The position numbers and the translations under genes were made by a program. Source: Trichosphaerium sp. ATCC 40318 (Eukaryota; Protista; Tubulinea). From it: a stretch of DNA of 64,000 nt. How positions within the stretch are numbered: the first letter of the stretch is position 1; the number at the start of each line of letters is the position of its first letter. Under the pieces are notes generated by a model. The model was given only the letters and a program-made list of their open reading frames with translations, ran no database searches and was not told the DNA's origin. The stretch spans positions 1-64,000 of the forward strand of contig JALMLS010000166.1 in assembly GCA_038496445.1 (NCBI GenBank), in the 5' to 3' direction. Of this stretch, positions 39,751 through 50,889 are shown piece by piece.

Positions 39751-40138
39751 TCGCTCAAATGCAAAGCTGTTTCGCCAGAAACTGACTTAAACCAGAGATA
39801 AGTCTAGTTAGCTGTCGTTACTCACATTTCAATGTTCTTGCAGTTCTGTATTGTAGAGATTATAAGCGCTTGGCATTTATTCAAAGTGCAATCAAAACGA
39901 ACGTTTGGGTTTGCTAGAGATGGAGAAAGCAACAACGAGACATCTCAATGTCATGCCGAAGAAAAGTCCATCAAGCAACTACTCGTACACATAACCATCA
40001 CGTGTTACGTTACCGTTACAACAACCTCCCCTATTAATACTTCAATCATATTGTAGGTACACAACTCATTCATGAGCGTAGGATTGACTTACGCCTTGTT
40101 TTTCATGAAAAAACAAAAAGTTACATTTATCCAAGAGC

Positions 40139-40369
40139 ATGTGTCACAAAACAAAATGTAAACAGTGTAAAAAATGGACCTGGACAGGATGAGGGTTACA
40201 TATTGAGTTTGCGCTTCGTGGTGTTGCACCTGAGAAGCGTTGTACTTGCCCTCCACCAGAGAAAGGATATAAGGGTTTTCTAGGTGGTGTAGTGCGCCGT
40301 ATACTTACTGGCGGCAAAGAACCGAGCACTGGAACATCCGCAGAAACTAATTCAACCGAACCTACATGA
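40139..40369 (+). CDS. Candidate 76-aa selenoprotein (in-frame TGA at 40190-40192 read as Sec)
   Basis: MCHKTKCKQCKKWTWTG(U)GLHIEFALRGVAPEKRCTCPPP..EPT*. TGA sits within a WxG-x-GxH motif and a SECIS follows the stop. Confidence 0.8.
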
Positions 40370-40407
40370 AAACGTACCTTACGTACAAAAATAACTAATA
40401 TATGCGA

Positions 40408-40489
40408 TTGGTGGCTATAATCCATGATGTTACAGGTAACAAACCGAAATGGCTTACTTGTACTGAAGAAACCATTTTATGGCTACCAA
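40408..40489 (+). promoter_or_regulatory. Eukaryotic type II SECIS element
   Basis: Helix I TTGGTGGCTATAA/TTATGGCTACCAA; core ATGAT (40424) / TGAA (40464); helix II GTTACAGGTAA/TTACTTGTAC; unpaired AAA at 40441-40443; apical mini-stem CCG-AAA-TGG. Confidence 0.85.
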
Positions 40490-40737
40490 CACGCTGTTTA
40501 ATGTATAAAAAACCAATATAAACAACTACTACGAACAAAAAAAATCGACGGGTTATCCCTGACCTTGTGTACCTCAGTACGCTTTCACACTTGTACATAC
40601 GTCTCGATCATATGGTCAACTTGTTGAAAGCAAAATCTGGTGACGTTTTATTTGGCATTTTTTAAACAAGTCGTTCACAGATTGCGTGTTACACATTCTC
40701 CCTGTATCGTGTCGCTTGGGTGTAACCATTTGATGAT

Positions 40738-41078
40738 TTACGGGCTCTCAGCGTACTTTATGTACTCTTCCAAGGAAATAGCGCCCTAATCGGATTAAAA
40801 CCAGTTAAACGAATATTAATCATCTAGTTACGTCTTTGTTAGCGTCTACAGTATCAAAAGCCATCTTTGTCATTGGTTTAATATCAGCTTCACCCACACC
40901 ACATTTTTTGAGCATCTAAGCACGTCAACTAACGTACTGATACCAGTACTTTGTATTAATAAGTGTGACATACAACTTCAAGCTCATCAGGCGTTATCTG
41001 ACCATCATTGTTGAGATCAGCCTCGCGGAAGCCAGCTTTTATTACTTCTAGTTGAGCTGCTGTCAAAGGTGTTGCCAT
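40738..41078 (-). CDS. Small two-EF-hand calcium-binding protein, 3 exons, absent from the ORF track
   Basis: MATPLTAAQLEVIKAGFREADLNNDGQITPDELEV|MLKKCG..AFDTVDANKD|GAISLEEYIKYAESP*. Confidence 0.85.
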
Positions 41079-41198
41079 AATTGTACTTTTTGAAATTATT
41101 TTATGAATGAGATTTGGCTTCAATTACGTATTTCAACGTCAAAATCCGGTTTTGTGTTTCAAGAGTCAAAATATTTATTAACGGGTTATTACACGGTG

Positions 41199-42162
41199 TT
41201 AATGTCTCTCAACTCTGATGTCAGCGCACATGTAGAATACAGGTGGAGCATTTGGATTCTTTGTTACATAGCGGACACCAAGAACAGCATGTTGGGTAGG
41301 GACACTAATGAAGCAAGTCAAAACAAAACTCAGACAAGAAAAGATAATTTTTTTGAAAACAAAAAAAGTCACGTGACAATTTAAGAAAAACGGTTGATCG
41401 GCGTACTCTGGCATTCTTACTTCTTCAGTGTAAATAGTGAGAGAAGGCGTTCCAGTATCAGGTACAGTCTAGGCAATACAGTCATAAAAAAAATCTTACT
41501 AGTTTGTCTCGTACCTTTAAAATTTTTCCAGTTGGCTCTCCAGCGACCTGTTACAAATTTGTGTTAGCTGAACTTCTATTCACTTATGCTACGTACAGTG
41601 TAGGTGATTACGAACATACCAGGCGTTGCAGCGACCCAATGATCTTGGTTCTAAACGACTATAAGACACAACGGTTTTTTTATCTCATCAAAAGTTTTTG
41701 GTGTTTGTTTTCGTACCTTTTGGAAGATAATGCTTGCGTTCTTTCCTGCTTCGTAAGAAATCATTGGGTTATCAGCTGGTACACCACCACAAGGTCCAGT
41801 GAGAAGAATACAATCACCAGACGCTAAAATTCATGAGAAAAAAGCTAATTAGTAAAAGACTTGGGGAAAAGACGCGATACATCCGTTTTTCGGCATTCTA
41901 GCGCCGAAACGCTAGGAGATTACCCTTTTTGATAATCTACGCCTGGATGGAGGTGAAGTTGACACTTCTTACGAACTTTACAGCTGCCAAAAGGGGTTCT
42001 GTTGCCAACGCTTTCTCAGGAAAATACAGCGAGATTTGTTGGTTTTAGCGACCACGTACCGGCTTTGTTAACGTTGGAAAGAGACCCACGTTGGTGAGGA
42101 GAAAGGATGCATACGTGAGCAGACGCGAGACACAAGAAGACGGACAAGAGGAAGAGCTTCAT
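41199..42162 (-). CDS. Small secreted protein with His at mature position 1 (histidine-brace/LPMO-like candidate)
   Basis: Signal MKLFLLSVFLCLASA then HVCILSPHQRG..GPCGG..FQK|NQDHW..PGMFVITY..YVTKNP..FYMCADI. Confidence 0.7.
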
Positions 42163-43115
42163 AGCTGAGGTGAGGTATGAATTCGTTAAAGACATCATTT
42201 GACCTTCCTTTTCGCGAGTTTTTATCACGTGACTGTGTTATGCCACTTTTGGACTTTAGAACTCTCGAATAGGAGACCACAAAATAGGCCTCTCTAAACA
42301 GCTGGTTCTAACATCCTTTGCAGGACGTTTCGAGCTGATTTAGTAAAACGTGTCACAAAGTGAACGTAACGATTGCATAGGTGATTTTAGGTTTACAGCG
42401 CTCAAAACTACTTGGGAATTTTAAACAGGTATGTAGGCTATTATGGCGCTTTGTCCAGTTTTTATGCCTTTTCGGTTTGAAAAACGTGATCCAAACGTTA
42501 AGGCGGGAATTCTCCTTGAGCCGTTAGACCAAACTTATTGCTCCTATATTAATCAATTTTAGGCACGTTCTACACGTTCACACACCTTAAACAGGGTTGT
42601 AGGCTCGTTAAAGCCAACTTGCACAAACCCATTTCTTATCAATGTTTGCCTACTAAGTTCCACGTTTTTGTCCGTACATGGTGTTAGTCACGGCGATGTG
42701 TAAGTTCATTCATTCATTTAATTACTCAGCTCTACGGGAAACCAATTCGAACCCTAGTTGAATGGCACCAAACACCATCACTAACTAACACGACAATCTC
42801 ATCTCACTTAAATTACAACTAGTTTTCAGTCATGTTAAAAGGTTGATACTTTACAACGAAACGTTCACATAAGCAACTCAAATATCATACGAAACGCGTT
42901 GAAACACGCCTCTATCAATCATTTACATCGATCTAAGATACTTTGGGGTTCATTTGAGAATCCCACAATATATTTTTTGGATAGAATCACAGCTATAAAA
43001 CTATTTTTGGACAATTCTACAAGTGGAAGCAGCAAGGGGCAAACACAACTTAAAACCCTTGGTTCACCTGCTTCCATTGTAGCGATTTGATAATCTCTCA
43101 GTACACATATATACT

Positions 43116-43350
43116 CATGTTAAGACTTACGAAACTGGAAAGCGCTGGTGCAGTTTCTAAGTAACGAAAGACTAATAAACCACGGTGTTCTAGTGCTCAC
43201 CGTTAGTCACCACAGAGATCCTTCAGAATTTTCTCTCATTTACAAATACAATTTCCTGACATGTCGACAACCCTGGAGCTGGAAAGCGCTGGTGCAGCTC
43301 CTAAAATAGTCGAGGACTTATAACCGGTATTCTGGTGCATACCGTAGTCC
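43116..43350. repeat. Two ~90-nt diverged direct copies (period 144) of a two-hairpin unit
   Basis: CTGGAAAGCGCTGGTGCAG is identical in both copies; stems differ by compensatory substitutions. Confidence 0.7.
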
Positions 43351-43994
43351 TAAATGGAGTATGTGTTGTGGATCATCGTTTCGTTATTTTTTGTTTCTCA
43401 AACTTACAAAATCTTGTTTTCAGGATGGTCACTGCTTTTGACTCTTTTCAACAAGCCTATCAAGTATATATGAACAAAAGAATAGCCAAGACAATCAATG
43501 AAGATAATTAAGTAAACTACAGGTGTACTGTGAAGTGTGGCCAGTTGTTTTTGAAGGAATTCCCATATTCGTACTTCAATCCGTTTGACATGCATAGCTT
43601 ATAGTTGTTTCTCAAGCCTTTGTTCAATAGAATACGGAAGCAATCGTAGGCTATTCCATTGTAGAAGGATAGGCTTTCTTGACTGCACGTGCGAAACTGT
43701 TCTCTGAACTCTGTCATGGATTGTACCCTTACTCTGTTTTTCACGTACCACTAAACGGGATATTGGTGCGTAACGGTCGCAACTGGTCGAGTCTGTCTCA
43801 AAAAAGTTCAACAAATACCAAAAAACTGAGTCAATGGGTTTCTGTGCTGAGCGAATATTCTTTGCGCACATCAAAAGAAGTTGTAAAGAAAACACACAGA
43901 ATGACATCTAGCACAGAAAGCGGCTTGAATGACAGGTATAAAAGTTAATTAACATCTTAATCGTTCTAAAAACTATGATTTAAGCACTAAAACA

Positions 43995-45563
43995 ATGTTA
44001 TTGGGCATGCCTATCGAGATTTTATCGACTATTATGAGCTATACAACAACTGGTCGATTTGCAGTTTGTCAAACATGCCATCTCCTTTCATCTATCATTC
44101 ACGATATCATCGGTTACGATAGTGTCAGAATAACGACATCTGAACAAGCTCTTCAAGTTTTAACACACCAAGGCATAATGAAACACACAGCAATTACGTT
44201 AGTTGGTAATGAAGAAACCGGGTTCCCTTCCAACAATCTCGTCGAACAATTCGCAGGAGTTCATACCATAAAACTCGATTCTTGCAGACACATCACATAT
44301 AAAAGCATAAAAGCTCTTTCAGGTGTTCACACCATCGACTTTTGTCGTACTTCAGTTACAGATGAGTGTGTTAAAGCACTCAAAGGTGTTCATACTATCA
44401 ATCTCGCTTATTTGAGGAGTATAACAGATGCAAGTGTTGCAACACTTGCAGGAGTTCATACCATAAACCTGGATATAACACGTGTAACAGATAAAAGTAT
44501 TAAAGCACTCAAAGGTGTCCATACTATTCATCTTGATGATACTAGTGTTACAGATGAAGGCATTGGGTTTCTTAAGGGAGTTCATACTATTTACTTAAAT
44601 GGCACTGATGTAACAGATAAAGGATTGAAAGTTCTTGGCAGTGCTGGAGTACATGCCATTCAACTTAATGCAACCAAAGTGACAGATGAGGGTATAAGTG
44701 CACTCAAAGGTGTTCATACTGTCTCTCTCGGCCATACATCAGTTACCGATGAAGGCATTAAAGCACTCAAAGGTGTTCATACTATCGACCTCAGTAGTAC
44801 ATCAGTTACAGATGAAGGCATTAAAGCGCTCAAAGGTGTTCATACTATTGACCTCAGTAGTACATCAGTTACAGATGAAGGCATTAAAGCGCTCAAAGGT
44901 GTTCATACTATCGACCTCAGTAGTACATCAATTACAGATGAAGGCATTAAAGCGCTCAAAGGTGTTCATACTATCTGGCTCACCCATACATCAGTTACAG
45001 ATGAAGGCATTAAAGCGCTCAAAGGTGTTCATACTATCGACCTTGGGTACACTATGGTATCAGATGAAGCAATCAAAAGTCTTAATGGTGTGCACACAAT
45101 AGACATTGCTGCTTGTGATAACATAACTATTGAAGGAATAAAAGCGCTGAAAGGAGCACATACGATTACCATAAGTGGTTCTAGTGATAAGGGAATATAT
45201 GACAGAGAAAAAAATAAATGGTTTCCAGAGTTCAATGGGGAAGGTATGAAAGACGAATGGCTTCAACACCTTTCTGATACAAACACACTGTTTATTATTA
45301 ATGGTCAAAATGCGTTTACTGATGATGGAATCAAAGCATTGACAAATGTCAAAGTACTTGTTCTGTATGAGTGCAATGCAATAACAGGTGATGGGTTTTC
45401 AACATTAGTCAACCTTGAACAAATCACTTTGACTCGTTGTTCTGAAATAACAGATTCGGGCTTGAAACGCTTGCACTCTGTGAAGCGTATTAATGTGAGG
45501 AATTGTAGACATATTACAAAAGAGGGTGTTAAGGCAATGGGAGGTAGATGTACCTACAGGTAA
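43995..45563 (+). CDS. Intronless F-box/LRR protein, 522 aa
   Basis: MLLGMPIEILSTIMSY (F-box-like), then many 22-aa LRRs VHTIxLxxTSVTDEGIKALKG. Confidence 0.88.
   Translation: MLLGMPIEILSTIMSYTTTGRFAVCQTCHLLSSIIHDIIGYDSVRITTSEQALQVLTHQGIMKHTAITLVGNEETGFPSNNLVEQFAGVHTIKLDSCRHITYKSIKALSGVHTIDFCRTSVTDECVKALKGVHTINLAYLRSITDASVATLAGVHTINLDITRVTDKSIKALKGVHTIHLDDTSVTDEGIGFLKGVHTIYLNGTDVTDKGLKVLGSAGVHAIQLNATKVTDEGISALKGVHTVSLGHTSVTDEGIKALKGVHTIDLSSTSVTDEGIKALKGVHTIDLSSTSVTDEGIKALKGVHTIDLSSTSITDEGIKALKGVHTIWLTHTSVTDEGIKALKGVHTIDLGYTMVSDEAIKSLNGVHTIDIAACDNITIEGIKALKGAHTITISGSSDKGIYDREKNKWFPEFNGEGMKDEWLQHLSDTNTLFIINGQNAFTDDGIKALTNVKVLVLYECNAITGDGFSTLVNLEQITLTRCSEITDSGLKRLHSVKRINVRNCRHITKEGVKAMGGRCTYR
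44700..45045 (+). repeat. Near-identical 66-bp tandem repeats encoding LRR units
   Basis: About five copies of GC(A/G)CTCAAAGGTGTTCATACT..ACATCAGTTACAGATGAAGGCATTAAA. Confidence 0.9.
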
Positions 45564-46118
45564 TTCTAGAAAAGTTGAGAAAATAATCCATGGGATAATA
45601 CTGTTGAAGTCTTTTTTTTTTTTTGATATGTAAAAGAGACATTTAAATAAAGTCAAACATCTCTTTTTATTCGATTTTGACAACAACACTGACACGTTGA
45701 TTTGTACCCCAAATTAGTCATTATGGAGTGGATTTAGGATAAGCGGCCACATGACTGTGTCAATGATTTGCAACAATTCACACTTCATCTAATAAGATTG
45801 ACAACTATAGAAGGTTAGGTGTTTTAGCTGGTTACTACATTTTGATGAGAAGTATTTTTTTCTTGGATAATTAATGAGAACTTTGAAATCAATGGTCCAA
45901 CAATGCAAGGAACCCAAGACATATTTTTCTTTTATCTCCTTCACGTGTTGATTTAAGGTACTCCTTACTTTTTACCATTGACAAAAACTAAGCACAACAT
46001 GTACAACAAAAAAAACACAAGGTAATGTACTATTTGATACAAGATTCTATAGTGGCTCTTCATGTGGGATAAATGATGTTTCCAAGTCTACCTTTTTGTT
46101 ACATTTTCCAAATTTCCT

Positions 46119-47090
46119 TTATAGCTCTACACATTCTAAACGAAAGCTATGTTGAGCTAATACACCATCTAGGTTCCAACTTTTATATTCGCCTTTTGAT
46201 ATACCTTTAACATAGAAACAATGGATTCTTAACTGCCCATTACGATACCAAACTTTATACTCTCCATGCTTTAATCTGTCTTTAAAATAGCAGTGTTCTT
46301 CAAGTTGACCAGTTTCAAACCAACGCTTATACTCGCCATGAATAACACTAGTAGTCTTATTATAGTATGGTTTACGATGATTTTTTGCACGTGGTATATA
46401 ACCAGGTGTATCAACAAAACACTTGTAGGAATACTTGGCTTTCATTAAGCCATATCGGTATAACATATAGTCTCCTTCAAGCTCACCCTTGTTAAACCAA
46501 CAGTGCTTTCTTAGATTACCTGAATCATCATATTTCTTATACTCTCCATGGTATAGTTGAAATCTATGGACATTTTCATGGCAACAACCTGTGTTCATTG
46601 CAAAACAATGGACAACAAGTTGATTGGTTTTTTTTTTAATTTTCTTGCACTCTCCACAAATCCTTCCTTCCTTCATTTGATAACTATCAATGAACTCTTG
46701 GCTATAAACGGTCAATAACCCGTCTTTTTGACCTTGTTTGTAAAAGCAAGACTCTAGAATCTGTCCATCACGCACTGAGTAAGTCAAAAATTCACCATTC
46801 TTTCTACCTTTCTTTGTTGTAAACTCCTGTTGTTCTCAATGATCCATTTGCTTGAAAAACCAAGAATCTGCCATGTTTTACGCCCTGTTTGTAGAACCCT
46901 TCCTTGTATTTAGCTCCAGATGGGTACCATTTACGGTAGTGATAGAGATAGCCTTTGTTTCTTCTTTTACCATGTCTGTTGTACCGTTCGACCGCTAATT
47001 GGCCATTTGGGTGCCATTTACGCTCCCAACCAGCTGTGGTACCATTTTTGAACTTGGTTTCAACATGTTTCGCTCCATCGGAACAGTGTA
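46119..47090 (-). pseudogene. MORN-variant/YwqK-like repeat gene with a frameshift near 46810-46840
   Basis: HGEYKRWFETGQLEEHCYFKD repeats in ORF 46119-46787. The upstream frame (GWERKWHPNGQL..KWYPSGAKYKEGFYKQGVKHG) is offset by one base and ends in TAG. Confidence 0.7.
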
Positions 47091-47167
47091 TTCTCAGAAA
47101 ATTCCGACTGAAAAATTCCGAAAAAATAGAAATGTTCCGAATTTGTTCGACAAAAAAAAATAAGCGT

Positions 47168-47491
47168 TTATTTGTTACAGTTGTGGTTCATCGATTTTTT
47201 GTTGTCATCCACAGTTTTAATAGCTTCTGTTACTTGTGGCAAGTCAATTAAACCATCATTTTCTTGTCCATTTTGTGCCGCTTGTTTGAAAATAGCTCCC
47301 ATTCTTGCTATAAAACCTGCGCGTAGTGTTGGGTGCTCGTTTGGTATAATACCTAGCTCACTACAATAGCCTTCGAACAATTCATTCAATGCGTCTGTTG
47401 GTAGTACATTAGGCTCCTATGCGTTTATATTAGTTTATAACTACAATAAGCGCAAATACATACATTATCGCTGTTTTGGTGGTCGGACATG
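47168..47491 (-). CDS. Small hypothetical protein, 2 exons
   Basis: MSDHQNSDN|EPNVLPTDALNELFEGYCSELG.. with a GTATGT..TAG intron. Confidence 0.5.
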
Positions 47492-47599
47492 TATGCTGCG
47501 TTGTGTGGTAGTGTTTGTAAAGTAATGTCTTTTTGGCGGCAAACGCTTTTATTTACTTAACTTAAACACATAAGTAATGCCAAATAAATTATTTTGAAC

Positions 47600-50500
47600 T
47601 TTATTGTTACACGCGCTTGTAAATTTACAACTTGAACAACATTTTGAGCGAATGGAGGTACAACCTCTCACCTACCATTTCTACAGTGACTTTGTGAAGG
47701 ACAACTGCCTTCAGTGTTACCGCAAACGTCAGGTCCCATTCTTTGGTTCCACATTATTGATCACAAGGAACACATTGAGCGCTCTTACATTCATTAAGTC
47801 TTGTACAGAATCCATATACTCTTACAAGACAGTTACTACAAAGTTGGATTTTGTAAGGTGTACCTGTAATAGGCTTTGAAAAATCGCGTTTATCCTCGAT
47901 GGTGGACTCTTTGGTATCAAAAATAATGGACACTCAGAATGTAACCAGCGTGTGGTGGCTCACCTACGGACCTTGTAAATCGAGCGCTCATGAAATAAAT
48001 AAATGAAGCGGAAGAAAAAAAATTCTGAAACGCACCTGTAGCTATTTGGTACGCGTACAGTCTATATTGTGTATGAGATAAGCCGTTTAAGAATTAAAAG
48101 CGTACTGTATCCCAACTTGTTACCAAAAGAATGTCATTGTTGCCAGTAGCGAAGCATACCTCTGAGATGCTATCTACCTACCAATGGCATTTAGGTCAAA
48201 TCATCATTACAACAATTAAAATATTTCCGTACCTCTGCGGGCGCAACAGCAAGTTCAAATTCTTGACTCATTTCTCAAGATGCCATACACAATTTTTCGA
48301 AATAAACTACAAAAACACAGTGTACACAACACCTACCTTCATAAACGTGATACGCATACACATGTTACCCTTCAATTCACATGAACCACCAGAATTGAAA
48401 GTAGCGGTCCATACTGAGCGCTAATGATTGTTCCTACTAGAAAAATTAGACAATTGGAACAAAACAGATGTTGTACAACCAGAATGGAGCAGGTTTTTGT
48501 TTTGTTTTTTTTCAATTCAAAACTTTGCTTGCGTACATTCTGGAATGCTGAACATGTACTGGTACAACATAACCCTTGAGAAGTGTCATCACAACCATGT
48601 TCATTTTCAATCGTACCATTACCACAAATAGCTAGAGGAAGGTTAGTATGTTATGGAAAAAGTTTTGAGTTGTTTTCCCATTAAAAACAGATATCATATT
48701 TCTTCAACGTACAGGTACAAACTCCATCGAAACATGCGGCAGATTGTCCAACATTATTCATGTCAATACAAGAAGTATTATCTGGTAGATTAACCATCTG
48801 ACAGATGCCATCTAAGCCCAACGGTAAATGAAAGGTGTATATCGAATTTTCGTTCTGAAAACGTGCTTCTGTTGTGACTTACTTATACATGCTTCAATGC
48901 ACGGATCGACATCACTGTCTTCTATACAACTACAGTCTAACCTGAATCCGGAATTGCATACTTCATTCTAAGAGGAACAAGGTCAAAAAAAGAAAAAGGT
49001 GATAAATCAACGCACTTGTGTCTAGCTCGGTGCACTTGTCACCATCGTCACAGCTCATTCTGTTTGAAACAGATACCCGCATACATGCCACCATTATTAG
49101 GATCACTGAATTACTGTTTAACTGTAACAACACATCATTAGGATTAATTACACAGGTATTTCAGCTTGCCTCTTTTCTAAACGCGTTTAGAAGTGTATAC
49201 TCGTACATAACAGACAAGCATTGTTTTAGAAAACAAACAAAAAGATAAGGTGAAATTTCAAATGATGTGAACGGTGTATAAGTAAAGTGTTGTTCATAAG
49301 TTTTGATTAAATAGGATTACATGCCTGGAATTGATGCTTCAGTAGCGGCACTGAGCCGATGTCTTCAAGGCTGGGACAGTAACAGTCAATAAGTATGTGA
49401 AGTTTTTCTTCAAAGAACTAAGTTAAAGACGTACTTTGTGTCAACTCCGTCTCAGAGTTTACGATTTGTATTCGCTAGTTACCAGCATCTACAATGACTG
49501 TATAGTTACTGACAGGGTTGTCAGCTAAACCCAAGGGACCACTGAATTCCTACAACTGTTTGTCAATCGCTGAAAAAACGTTGTGACGTTTCAAAAAAGT
49601 AATTTAATGACTGATCACACATGAATAATACAGATAATTCTTTTACGAAAAACCACGTACAGCTTTTCCTGAGCCTGCCTTTCTTCGGTATTGTGCGTAA
49701 AAATCACCTTTGGGAAGTAAGAAAATATGTGTTGTTGTAACGAAAAAACATACCAAATCTATCGAAAACCTTGACGGCACTGGCACCAAAATCTGTCACC
49801 CAAAAGTAATTGTTTCTTGAAGATGTTGTAACATATGTAGAGTCATCAAACTCTTCACTTACAACAGACTGAAACGTAGCTAAAGAAATATAAGTGACAC
49901 TACGTGAAGAAAGAATAACAATCTTTTTTATACCTGCAGTACTGTTTACTTTCCATATCTTGACTAGCTTGTTTCCCCTATCTACAACTATCAATTGCCT
50001 AATAGAATAAGTCTAAATACAGAATGAGGTTACACACTCAAAGTTTTCCATATAAGCAACACCAGTAGGGTCTCTTAGTTGGTCTTTAATTACATTAAAA
50101 AAAACTGCAAAGCCACTCAGTAGTACATACTCTTATCGATTCCAAATGATCCAAATGTGTAACATACATCGAATGAAGTAGCGTTTAATGCTGATGGTTA
50201 CCACTATCTGATACAAACAGAATACCATATTTTTTACTCACAGCAACACCCTACGCAAGAACAAAAAAATTAACAAAACATGATCTTTTTTTCAAAAAAA
50301 GCACATGTACTTTTGGAGATATGAACTGCCCAAGTGATGCACCCAATGAACCAACATGTGCTGTTAAATTCTCTAAGTGTACGTAAGAATACAATAAAGC
50401 ACATTTTGAGTAATTGTCGGTTTTTTCGCATGCCTCTTGCGTAAGCAATTTGAATTCTGTGGTTTTTAGTGTCAGAAACAAAAATGATGTAGGTGACGTT

Positions 50501-50885
50501 ATCATATAGAGCAGCTATGCTTTGAGAAAACGCAAGGGAGCCTGTCTCATTGCCTAGTGTACCAAATTCGTGTATGTATGCGCCTGGGAGTAATTGTTAA
50601 GCGTTTTAAAGCTTTCTGAAAAACACACGCTAAATTACGTTTACAACGCACTGTATAAATCTAGTACTTGTACTCTGTCGCTCAAAGTATCAGCTACAGC
50701 GATTCTAGAGCGTAAGACGTTACGAAAGTTTTGTGCTACACATGAAATACGTACCGGTTTGTAGTTATGTTCGTTGTACTGGCAAATACACTAAAATACG
50801 TGACATCATGCGGGAGGTTAAACTGTTCTTTTCTGTCCCCTCTGTTGCCAAAATGCCTGTCAGAATTATATGTCTGAGCGCCTTG
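47600..50885 (-). pseudogene. Degenerate multi-exon gene with NHL repeats and Cys-rich segments
   Basis: NHL-like exons (FGNRGDRKEQFNLPHDV, IAVADTLSDRVQV, IVVDRGNKLVKIW, WVTDFGASAVKVFD); stops and frame changes in several exons. Confidence 0.55.
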
Positions 50886-50889
50886 AGTG

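Noticed and set aside
40190-40192. Genome-wide UGA reassignment as the explanation of the in-frame TGA
   Set aside because: TGA terminates other genes here (3850, 10546, 20092), Trp and Cys use standard codons, and a SECIS is adjacent.
40144-40425. 93-aa minus-strand ORF over the selenoprotein
   Set aside because: No recognisable features; the plus strand has the motif and the SECIS.
42961-42968. TCCCACAA resembling the Dictyostelium DUSE promoter element
   Set aside because: A short motif expected by chance, and ~150 nt from the hairpin units rather than ~60.
43404-43948. Cluster of short overlapping ORFs
   Set aside because: No coherent exon chain or recognisable domain could be built.
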